NCBI GenBank assembly: GCA_964487115.1
Contig: CAZAPD010000049.1
Span: forward strand, 1-26,099
DNA length: 26,099 nucleotides
Reading direction: 5' to 3'
Source of the DNA: an uncultured Thermococci archaeon
GTDB lineage: Archaea; Methanobacteriota_B; Thermococci; Thermococcales; Thermococcaceae
The notes under the pieces are model-generated. The model was not told the DNA's origin, made no database searches, and saw nothing but the letters and a program-made list of their open reading frames with translations. Position 1 is the stretch's first letter. Every line of letters starts with the position of its first letter. Made by a program: the position numbers and the translations under genes. Positions 18,204 to 26,099 of this stretch are shown piece by piece.

Positions 18204-19406
18204 TTAAGCTAATAACTCTGCTAAATCCCATATTAATTCCTGTAACCGCTTTAAATGAGAGGGATACTGATTAATCTTGTCATATATCTCTGAGGGGACA
18301 CATTGTTCCAGAGCGGTCATTATGTCAGTATACGGATCAGTCCTAGCCAACAGATCTTTAATGTATAAACTAGGATTCCCACTTATTTTTTGTTTGATAC
18401 AACGATCTTTTTTCTCAATTTCTCCTAACAACACTGGAAGATTCTCGAATCCGGAAGCCTCGAACAGATATGATATCTTAATTGAAGATACCTCTAGTTT
18501 CTGATGGATGACATCCCTTATCTCTCTTTCAAATCGCTCTCTTTCTTCTTCTGGGAAGATTTGGGGGAAATTCATCAGGTCGCTCTGATATGGGACAGAA
18601 ATTATTATTTTTGGATGATAAGGGGGATTAAATGAGTTCATCCATTGCTGGAGATATTGTTTCTCTGTGGTTCCTAATTGCTTGTACTCCTCGCTATTTT
18701 GGAATCCATTAATTTGTTTGCTTACAAAATCTTTGTATCCAGAGATTATTTGTCTTCCAAGAGCTATTATGTCTGTGTCCTTACCTACAAATATAACAAA
18801 GGAGGACACTCCCTTGATATCGATCCTGTAAACCTTTTGGGTTTGAGATCTGATTTTTAACTCAAAGAACATCTTAAAGAAAGATGTTGGAGGTTTGTCT
18901 AGGTTATGTTTTTTCTGGAGATATTTAGCTATTGCTTGACTGACGTTCTTTTTGTATGTCTCTGTATGTTGACCGGACAAAATACCTTCACCGGATTCCA
19001 TGACTATTACCGCTCTAGTAATTTGAGAAAATATCTCTGTCTCAATTTCCTTTAAGGTTTTAACGCCATGTCGTTCTAGAACCTCAAAGAATATCCTGAT
19101 CCTATCCGAGAATTTAGTTTTGACGAATTCAGTTATCTGCTTTTCAATTTTAAGTTCTTCGTTTTTCAGTTCATATCTCTCCCGTGATATTGCCTTCTCT
19201 ATCCAAAACGCATATGCAGAGAATCCTATAATTGATAACACAAAGAAAAGCATAGCTCTAACAGATGCTAATCCAAACCACGCAAAACTACTACCTATGA
19301 TTAAAGCAAGTATGTCTAATGTTATCAGGAGAGAGTGGACATTTCCTTTTGATATCTGGGCCAAATATTCCAGGACTTTAATAATCCCACCGTTCCAATC
19401 TATCAT
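18204..19406 (-). CDS. Hypothetical membrane protein (two N-terminal TM helices and a large soluble domain)
   Basis: Hydrophobic segments LLITLDILALIIGSSFAWFGL and AMLFFVLSIIGFSAYAFWI; GGTGGAG before the ATG at 19406. Confidence 0.75.
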   Translation of the reverse strand: MIDWNGGIIKVLEYLAQISKGNVHSLLITLDILALIIGSSFAWFGLASVRAMLFFVLSIIGFSAYAFWIEKAISRERYELKNEELKIEKQITEFVKTKFSDRIRIFFEVLERHGVKTLKEIETEIFSQITRAVIVMESGEGILSGQHTETYKKNVSQAIAKYLQKKHNLDKPPTSFFKMFFELKIRSQTQKVYRIDIKGVSSFVIFVGKDTDIIALGRQIISGYKDFVSKQINGFQNSEEYKQLGTTEKQYLQQWMNSFNPPYHPKIIISVPYQSDLMNFPQIFPEEERERFEREIRDVIHQKLEVSSIKISYLFEASGFENLPVLLGEIEKKDRCIKQKISGNPSLYIKDLLARTDPYTDIMTALEQCVPSEIYDKINQYPSHLKRLQELIWDLAELLA

Positions 19407-19430
19407 AATCTCCACCAATGTAAAACCCTG

Positions 19431-19699
19431 TGGGCGGAGGTGGGGGATTCGAACCCCCAACGTCCCTCTGGGGACGAGCAATTCCGGGCAACACTCCTCG
19501 CTCCGGGGATAAATAGTGACTCTCGCTAGTACCTCCGGCCCCAGAGGGCGAGAGCCACTTCTCCGCCCGGGAGGTCGTTGATAAATTTCAGGATTGTCTC
19601 AATCATCGCTATCACCTCCGTAATGGCTTTTATGAGGGCCCATGTAGTTGTTGGACTTGTTGCAACTGACAGAGCGAGGAGCATTGCCACCTGCCCATA
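19431..19699 (-). ncRNA. Predicted highly structured RNA with a tRNA-like 3' end and an internal small ORF
   Basis: 19-bp long-range helix with three G-U pairs, T-arm GGGGG-TTCGAAT-CCCCC, 3' ACCTCCG-C-CCA, and its own BRE/TATA. Confidence 0.65.
19526..19606 (-). CDS. 26-aa peptide MIETILKFINDLPGGEVALALWGRRY
   Basis: Full GGAGGTGAT RBS at 19611-19619, 4 nt before the ATG; an in-frame upstream ATG would give 52 aa. Confidence 0.6.
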   Translation of the reverse strand: MIETILKFINDLPGGEVALALWGRRY

Positions 19700-19725
19700 G
19701 GATAATAAGATTATAATGGGCAAAA

Positions 19726-19742
19726 GTATTTATACTTTTCGT
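19726..19742 (-). promoter_or_regulatory. BRE/TATA promoter for the structured RNA
   Basis: CGAAAAG-TATAAATA on the minus strand, inside the inverted repeat AAAAGTAT-tt-ATACTTTT (19722-19739). Confidence 0.7.
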
Positions 19743-19757
19743 TTGAGGAAGGAAAAT

Positions 19758-21035
19758 CTAGCGTGTGGACATTACCCTCCTCTTTCCAGTTAGCAAGTCC
19801 TTCATCAGCCCGCGCTTCACCCGCTCAAGCTTCTCCCTGCGCTCCCGCAGGAGTTCGAGCTTCCTGTCAACGGTGGAGAGGATTTTGGCGATTTGTTTTT
19901 GCTCCTCAATGGGGAGGAGGGGGATTTTGAACTTTTTAAGATTAGATGCATTTATATTCGCTTGGCTTGCCGCTCTTGTGGCTAATTGACGCAATCTATC
20001 CCCCGCAAAAATTAAGTAAAGCGTTAGGAACATAGGATCAGCTACGTTCAAGTTGGGTTTTAGGCGGATTAGATAAGAGGCAAAGACGTAGTCTCCCTCA
20101 AGCATAAAAACGCCAGTTCTGCCAACCAGTTCATAACTGTTAGTCCTGTTAATTAGAACATCTCCTTTTTCCAGTTTATATTTTCTGAACGTGATCTCAT
20201 CAAGGTCGGTATATTTTAGATTAATTGGCAGGACTTTGCCGTTTAATATGCTATCCATTTTTATGACAGGATACCTGCCGGAGTCCTTCAGCTTGGTGGA
20301 TAGGCCATACTGGAACGAACTAGCAACATCTCCAAGTCTAACAACCCTCCACTCCTCCGGGATCTCGCCCAGCTCGGTCTTCTTGAACCGCTCGTGTCCG
20401 ATGCCCTTCGTTAAAAGTCTCCCCATCAGGCCTTTCTTCAAGCGCTCCGTCTTCTCAATTGCCTCATCGGTCTTCTCGATGACTTCATCAACGGTTCTCA
20501 ATATCTCGGCGATTTTCTTCTGTTCGGGGAGGGGCGGGAGTGGTAGGGGCATATTCAATAAATCTGTCTTTTTGACACTTGCTTGACCTACATATCTAAC
20601 GCATATCTGCCTGAAGTATCCAACTCTCCAGAGTTCCATGAAATAGTACATTATCCACTCTGGAATGACTCGACTAGAATCTACCCGGATTCTTGTTATA
20701 TGGTTACTGTATGTACAAAACTGACACTCGCCGCGGAATATGGCTGTTTTACCGATTAAATCAACACTGTTCGTGTTATTAAACAGTACATCACCCGGCT
20801 TAAGGAGATAATCTTTAATGTTGCTTGGGACTGGAACTTTCAAGTATTCCTTTAGGGTGACTTTGCCCTCGGTAGTGATGTTGTTCATTCTAAGCTGAAT
20901 TATCCCGTTCTCATCACGTTTCCCGCTTGCAAATCCCGGTTTTGCTTCTTTGATAACATCTTTTAACCTTACAACCTCCCAATCCTCTGGAATCTCGCCG
21001 ATTGGGGTTTTCTTGAACTTGGTTTTACCTTTCAT
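19758..21035 (-). CDS. hsdS: Type I R-M specificity subunit S
   Basis: GEIPEDW / GEIPEEW repeats, PPLPEQKKIA, GLMKDLLTGK. Confidence 0.96.
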   Translation of the reverse strand: MKGKTKFKKTPIGEIPEDWEVVRLKDVIKEAKPGFASGKRDENGIIQLRMNNITTEGKVTLKEYLKVPVPSNIKDYLLKPGDVLFNNTNSVDLIGKTAIFRGECQFCTYSNHITRIRVDSSRVIPEWIMYYFMELWRVGYFRQICVRYVGQASVKKTDLLNMPLPLPPLPEQKKIAEILRTVDEVIEKTDEAIEKTERLKKGLMGRLLTKGIGHERFKKTELGEIPEEWRVVRLGDVASSFQYGLSTKLKDSGRYPVIKMDSILNGKVLPINLKYTDLDEITFRKYKLEKGDVLINRTNSYELVGRTGVFMLEGDYVFASYLIRLKPNLNVADPMFLTLYLIFAGDRLRQLATRAASQANINASNLKKFKIPLLPIEEQKQIAKILSTVDRKLELLRERREKLERVKRGLMKDLLTGKRRVMSTR

Positions 21036-22633
21036 TCTAATTCCCCCACTTGACGTTCAATCTCCTTTATCAAAAGCGTCCTCACGGTTTCCAATAGTTT
21101 GCGCACATCACCTTGATTAATGGACTCTCCATGGTGAATAAGATTGTTCCGTTTTCCATTGAGACTTTTAATTGTGTCATAGGCCTCTGTTTTAATAGCA
21201 CCCTGAAGCTCTAGTATTTCCAGCTTTCTAAGTAATTCCCACTTGATTAATTTCTCCAGTCTCTTCTCTGAAAGTTTTTTGCTATCCCATAATTTTTGCC
21301 AAACTAGAGAAACAAGCCTCTCTAATGCTGTCCACCCCATGATAAACGCTTGATTATATTCAGATTCAAGGTAATGTGAGTATGATTCGAGGAAGAACAC
21401 AAGAGAAGTTACCAGATCATCATTCCTCCAAATTTTTTCTGCATATTCGATTGCTCTATTAATTTCTTCTGTACCAAGAATGGGCCGATTATATGGAGCT
21501 GAAAGAATATTCCTATGCACATACCTACGTACTGATGAATATTCTCTTGAAGGCACATGAGACCTAAATAAGTAAATCCTGGGATGATTTTCAGGATTGT
21601 AATAGACTTCTTTCAAATCAGAGAATCGTATCGCAAAGAACTTTAAACCCGCTTTGTTAAAGATTGTTAATAGACCGGCAATTAAATTTAAGATATCCCT
21701 AGCTGTTTCTTTGGAGTTTGTTAAAACTAAAATCTTCCCATCATTATCAACTTCAATATTGATACTCTCAATTTTGAATTTTACCCATGGAACAGAGGAG
21801 ACAACAGGTTTTAATAATACAAGATCCTCAAAAAAGATTATTGGTTTTTCGTATACCCATACAGGTGGATATAAATATGCAGCATATCCAACAAGACGAG
21901 CTCCAGTAAAAGAAAGAGTAATATCGCCATAATTATTCCCGTTTTCGTCCGCTATTTTCTCACTTGCGGAATCCATGTCAAGTAGGGTAGTAATCATGTC
22001 CCTAAATGTTTCGAGAATTTTTTGAATATCCAACTCCGCAATATTTCCATTAAATACTTTGACTATCCCATTTGGTGGAAAAAATACAGAATTTCCACTA
22101 AAATACATAAGATGAGCATCGGATCCCTTAATCTTCCTACCAAAGAGCGGTGAATATCTTCCACTATATAAAAATAGGCTAAGAAATCTGATAAAAACAT
22201 CTGCACGTGTCAGATGTTCGATATCCGGAATCTCAATGCTAACTCCCGCAGGTAATTCTTCAATCATAGATGCATTAAGGAACCTAAGATATGTTTTGGA
22301 GTCCTTAGGAAGTTCTTTTTTCCATTGTTCCTCTCTTTCTAAAATGTTGCCAATTTCTCTTAAGAACTCATAACCTTGGAATGGTCCATAAATTATTATC
22401 TCTTTGTCAGATCTCTCCGGATCATGAGTAATTACTATTATCTGCCACTCGCATGGCTCTTTGATCCAGAAAATCTCTACTTGACAGGGAAATTCAAATT
22501 CCATAATGGATTTCCCAAATGTTTTTGTTTTCCTAAATTTTTCATATTCTTTTCTAAATTCTGTGATAAGCTCAATAAACCATTCTTGCAATTTTTGCCT
22601 CTCTTTTTCGTATTTTTCCTTATGTTCTTGCAT
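21032..22633 (-). CDS. Protein with a C-terminal HEPN (Apea-like) domain
   Basis: AFIMGWTALE...KRNNLIHHG (RxxxxH at about 21134-21151); ATGA overlap with hsdS. Confidence 0.75.
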   Translation of the reverse strand: MQEHKEKYEKERQKLQEWFIELITEFRKEYEKFRKTKTFGKSIMEFEFPCQVEIFWIKEPCEWQIIVITHDPERSDKEIIIYGPFQGYEFLREIGNILEREEQWKKELPKDSKTYLRFLNASMIEELPAGVSIEIPDIEHLTRADVFIRFLSLFLYSGRYSPLFGRKIKGSDAHLMYFSGNSVFFPPNGIVKVFNGNIAELDIQKILETFRDMITTLLDMDSASEKIADENGNNYGDITLSFTGARLVGYAAYLYPPVWVYEKPIIFFEDLVLLKPVVSSVPWVKFKIESINIEVDNDGKILVLTNSKETARDILNLIAGLLTIFNKAGLKFFAIRFSDLKEVYYNPENHPRIYLFRSHVPSREYSSVRRYVHRNILSAPYNRPILGTEEINRAIEYAEKIWRNDDLVTSLVFFLESYSHYLESEYNQAFIMGWTALERLVSLVWQKLWDSKKLSEKRLEKLIKWELLRKLEILELQGAIKTEAYDTIKSLNGKRNNLIHHGESINQGDVRKLLETVRTLLIKEIERQVGELE

Positions 22634-22644
22634 TATTATACCTC

Positions 22645-24330
22645 CTATTTAATCGCAACCATAATGACGATACCTTTTCTTTTGAACTCTTGATCGGGGA
22701 CATCATAAAAGTAGACTCTACTCGCACCGGCTTCGTTTTTTACTCTCTCTTCCCATTTTGTGAGTCTGTCGTCATTTATCCTGCTTAGGTTTATTCCATC
22801 AAAAACTCTTGTTTTTTCATCGAATCCAAAATAGTATATCACTACAATACGGTTCTTGAGCTTAGATTCTAAGTCCTTTGAAATTTTCTTAATTATTTCT
22901 TCGTTCTTACCTTCGAGATATTCCCGGGACTTGTATTCCACTATAACATCTTCTTTCCTGAGGAGCACTGCTCTAGATTTAGGTACTTTGATAATGCCGA
23001 GTATTTTTGATGAAAGCTTTTCTAGGAAAAATGATATCTCTTTGTCCATATTTTCGGTTGTAAGTAATTTTAACGCAGAGTACATTAGCAACCTATCTAT
23101 GTATGACTTACCAGTTTCTGATTGGTTTACTGCTTCTAACACCTTCTTGAGTGCGTCGGAGGTGTGAAGTAGGTTGTATATTTCCAAAGAGCCAATTACT
23201 ATTGGTTCAGGACTAAATTCATCTCCCGGATGGAAAATTCGGATTTTCTCCCCATTAACTAGTTTTGTAGCTATATTTCTCAAGAAGCTTTCTCTTATTT
23301 CAATCTTGTTTTTGGTTCCAAAAATTGGAATCATAACATCGTGGACTTTTGGTATTCTGTCCACTGCTCCCTCTGAGGACATAACTAAAACTTCTTCCTT
23401 ATCGTCAAGTACCTTGAAACTGCTAATCGAGACGTATATTGAGCCAAGTAGTTGTCTATATCTTTCTTTTATGTTATCAACTGTAAAATATTCAAGCATG
23501 AAGTCTTGGATAAACTCACTTAAATCTTTGTAGGGTTTTTTGCCTGCCCGTGCTAGGGCTATGGGTAGTCCTTCAATAGGATTTTCAAAGATAATTCGTC
23601 CATCAGTAAGTTTAACACCCTCAATGTGCCCTTTTAGCAACTTATAAAATTCTTCTGGAAGAAGCTCTAAAGAGATTTTTATTCCATTTATGTCGCCTTC
23701 TAGCCGGTATTTGCCCCCAAAGTATGAGTATGCTTCTCTTTTCGAGATTCCTAGCCATTCCGCAAGGAATTTGGTTTTATATTGCTCATGATATTTAACT
23801 CGTATTCTTCCATTTTCATACTTAACAAATGCGACAAAGCGAATTACATTATCTGTGTCCAACATTCGGGGCAATACCTTAAAGTCAGGGGTTATAGTGA
23901 TTTCTCCAAATTTGCTATGGCATAGTACCACAAGTCCAGGAGCTAAAAGAAGAATACCATACTTCTCCTCTTCTCGCATTCTCGACTTCATTTCATACGT
24001 GAAATCATTTAATAAAAACTGGGCATCTTTGACATCAACATTGGGATATGAAGACAACAATTCTAATATCCAAGTTCTTCTATTTGGATTCAGCTCCAAA
24101 TCGTCAAAATTTTTTTCTACATGTGCGGATTTGAGAACCTTGTTTATAACATCAATAACAGCTTTTCTTTTATCTTCTGAAGACACCTCCCTCTGCTCTA
24201 CAGCTGTAATCTCAGATTTTACCCTCCTGTAAAAAACCAGAATGGGGAGAGACTCTTTGCTAAGGGCATCTTCTAATTCAGGGAGGTACCCTACCAAACT
24301 ACTCTGTTGAGATGATACCTCATCGATCAT
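22645..24330 (-). CDS. Hypothetical protein with a C-terminal Schlafen/AlbA_2-like domain
   Basis: EDVIVEYKS (ExxxxExK) and VIYYFGFDEKTRVFDGI in the last ~100 aa; GAGGTGGTGA RBS. Confidence 0.6.
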   Translation of the reverse strand: MIDEVSSQQSSLVGYLPELEDALSKESLPILVFYRRVKSEITAVEQREVSSEDKRKAVIDVINKVLKSAHVEKNFDDLELNPNRRTWILELLSSYPNVDVKDAQFLLNDFTYEMKSRMREEEKYGILLLAPGLVVLCHSKFGEITITPDFKVLPRMLDTDNVIRFVAFVKYENGRIRVKYHEQYKTKFLAEWLGISKREAYSYFGGKYRLEGDINGIKISLELLPEEFYKLLKGHIEGVKLTDGRIIFENPIEGLPIALARAGKKPYKDLSEFIQDFMLEYFTVDNIKERYRQLLGSIYVSISSFKVLDDKEEVLVMSSEGAVDRIPKVHDVMIPIFGTKNKIEIRESFLRNIATKLVNGEKIRIFHPGDEFSPEPIVIGSLEIYNLLHTSDALKKVLEAVNQSETGKSYIDRLLMYSALKLLTTENMDKEISFFLEKLSSKILGIIKVPKSRAVLLRKEDVIVEYKSREYLEGKNEEIIKKISKDLESKLKNRIVVIYYFGFDEKTRVFDGINLSRINDDRLTKWEERVKNEAGASRVYFYDVPDQEFKRKGIVIMVAIK

Positions 24331-24342
24331 ACTCTCACCACC

Positions 24343-25896
24343 TCAATACCCCAGCTCCCTCAAATACCCCTCAATCTTCTCATCAACCCTCGCGAGCTCC
24401 TCGTTAATCCTCTTCAGCTCCTCCCACTCGGCCTTAACGTCGATCTCCTCCTCTTCCTCCACCGGGAAGACGTAGAGGGTGACGTTGAGGTTGTAGTCGT
24501 TCTCCTTTATCTCGTCCAGCCCAACGACCCTCGCAAAGCCATCAATATCTTCAAACTCCTCGAAGGCCTCGACGATCTTCCTTATGTGCTCCTCGCCGAG
24601 GCGGTTGAGCTTCCTTATCTCCGGGTGCTTTTCATATTCCTGGGATGCGTTGATGAAGAGGACTTTATCCCTCCTGTCCCTGGGCTTGTTCCTGTTGAAT
24701 ATCATTATGGCCCCCGGCGCGCCGGTGTTGTAGAAGAGCTTTTCCGGGAGGAGAATAACGGCCTCAAGCAGGTCGTCCTTGAGTATCTTCGCCCTTATCT
24801 TCTTTTCAGCCCCACCGCGGAAGAGCGCACCGTTGTCTATGACGATGCCGACCCTTCCATCGTCTTTGGCGCTCGCGAGCATGTGCTGTATCCAAGCCCA
24901 GTCCGCTGAGTTGTTCGGAGGATAGCCGTACCTGAAGCGCTCCTCCTTGAACTCGGCCTTCTTGAGGGTCGCCTCGCCGTAGCCGTCCTGGTTCCAGGGC
25001 GGGTTGGCTATAACCACATCGAAGCGCTTGAGCCTTTCGCCCTCCTTAAACTGTGGCCGTAGCAGTGTATCGCCAACAGCCAGTTTTGGCGACTTTATGC
25101 CGTGGAGTATCATGTTCATCTCGGCTAAAGCGTAGGTCGTCGGGTTTACCTCCTGGCCGTAGAGGAAGAGCTTTTTAGCCTCATCCGCTCCGCGGTGCTC
25201 CTTAACGTAGAGGTAAGCTCCGATGAGCATGCCGCCAGAACCCATCGCTGGGTCGTAAACTTCATCACCCGGCTCCGGCCTGAGGATTTCAACCAGGAGC
25301 CTGATGACCTCCCTTGGGGTATAAACTTCGCCCTCCTTGGCCTTCTGCGGGGCAAAGTAGCGGAGAATCCACTCGTAGGCATCGCCAAGAACATCTGGGG
25401 ATGCGTTCTTTAAGTCAAGCCCGCTGAAGAGCTCGAAGAGCTGCCTGAGTATCTCGGCGTTGTCCCTGTGTAGCATGAACTCCATGAAGTCGAACCTGTC
25501 AACGACACCCCTCAGGTTGGGGTTGAGCTCGGCGAGCTTCTTGAGCGCCTGCGAGAGGTTCTGGGGAAGGCTCTCGATGTCCTTCTCGCGGAGCTTCCTC
25601 CAGAGGAATTCAGGCGGATAGTTGATGGTGTATGCTTCCCTGTCTTTGAGGGCAAGCTCTTCGGCGGTCTTTCTGTCCAAACCTTCTTTCATGAGCTTCC
25701 TAACATACTCCTCAAACTCCTTCTCCCACTCATCGCTCAGACGCTTCAGGAAGAGCAGAAGGAGAATGTACTTGTAATCGACCCTCGTCCTGATTAAATC
25801 CGCGGCCTTCTTAAGAACCCTCTCAAGCCCCTCACGGGTTAAACCGTTATCCTCCCTGGAGGCATGGCCAATGAAATCAGTGAGCTTCCTCTCCAT
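24343..25896 (-). CDS. hsdM: Type I R-M methyltransferase subunit M
   Basis: KAADLIR, GEVYTPRE, DPAMGSGG, NPPWN, LFYNTG. Confidence 0.97.
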   Translation of the reverse strand: MERKLTDFIGHASREDNGLTREGLERVLKKAADLIRTRVDYKYILLLLFLKRLSDEWEKEFEEYVRKLMKEGLDRKTAEELALKDREAYTINYPPEFLWRKLREKDIESLPQNLSQALKKLAELNPNLRGVVDRFDFMEFMLHRDNAEILRQLFELFSGLDLKNASPDVLGDAYEWILRYFAPQKAKEGEVYTPREVIRLLVEILRPEPGDEVYDPAMGSGGMLIGAYLYVKEHRGADEAKKLFLYGQEVNPTTYALAEMNMILHGIKSPKLAVGDTLLRPQFKEGERLKRFDVVIANPPWNQDGYGEATLKKAEFKEERFRYGYPPNNSADWAWIQHMLASAKDDGRVGIVIDNGALFRGGAEKKIRAKILKDDLLEAVILLPEKLFYNTGAPGAIMIFNRNKPRDRRDKVLFINASQEYEKHPEIRKLNRLGEEHIRKIVEAFEEFEDIDGFARVVGLDEIKENDYNLNVTLYVFPVEEEEEIDVKAEWEELKRINEELARVDEKIEGYLRELGY

Positions 25897-25975
25897 AATT
25901 CACACCAACAAGAGGATACTCCCGCAGGTTCTTATATTTAACTGCAGGGAAGAAGCAAAAGAAAAGGAACCGAGA

Positions 25976-26099
25976 TCAGATCCCTACACCAATGTCCTCA
26001 GCAATGTCTGGCAGGTCTAAAGCGATGAGTTTAACCTTTGTTGGAATTCCATCTCTGCTCCAGCCTCTGGCCTGGTAGTATTCATCGAGCATTCTGTCG
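25976..26099 (-). CDS. 3' end of an aldehyde:ferredoxin oxidoreductase-family gene (partial)
   Basis: Manual translation [40 protein letters not shown] matches the AOR-family C-terminus; a T-rich terminator-like tract follows. Confidence 0.85.
   Translation of the reverse strand, partial: DRMLDEYYQARGWSRDGIPTKVKLIALDLPDIAEDIGVGI

Noticed and set aside
19407..19481. N-terminal extension of the 425-aa ORF
   Set aside because: It is read-through of the structured RNA; the RBS supports the ATG at 19406.
19431..19537. Canonical tRNA, tRNA-Sec or true tmRNA
   Set aside because: No valid D arm or 7-nt anticodon loop, no UCA anticodon, no G3-U70 alanine identity; the ORF has its own RBS and ATG.
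468..25413. Many short overlapping or antisense ORFs in the track (e.g. 468-863, 3585-4094, 9078-9725, 13634-13906, 23855-24232)
   Set aside because: Shadow frames of well-supported genes, without RBS or motifs.
1..26099. CRISPR array, IS transposase, or viral structural or replication genes
   Set aside because: No regularly spaced repeats and no recognisable motifs.

Overview
Archaeal chromosomal DNA, most likely Thermococcales, judged from aEF-1alpha, GGAGGTGA RBS sites, BRE/TATA promoters and an AOR gene. The window opens with the 3' end of the tuf-rps10-tRNA-Ser(GGA) operon. A 12.16-kb element is integrated in the tRNA, bounded by 58-bp direct repeats (1643-1700 and 13803-13860), and has a split SSV1-type tyrosine integrase. 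Its cargo is a defence operon: hsdM, a GmrSD-like gene, a HEPN gene, hsdS, and an hsdR with an ASCH-like domain inserted in the motor. It also carries a PD-(D/E)XK nuclease and a strongly strand-skewed non-coding region. A DUF2226/roadblock/V4R-like cluster follows. Next is a second type I R-M locus: hsdM, a Schlafen/AlbA_2-like protein, a HEPN protein, hsdS, a ~270-nt structured RNA with a 26-aa ORF and tRNA-like 3' end, a membrane protein, and a truncated hsdR fused to a DUF4392 remnant. The window ends in the 3' end of an aldehyde:ferredoxin oxidoreductase gene. The most notable items are the structured small-ORF RNA (candidate archaeal type I toxin-antitoxin or tRNA mimic) and the ASCH-containing HsdR. 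All domain calls are by eye from motifs; no searches were run.
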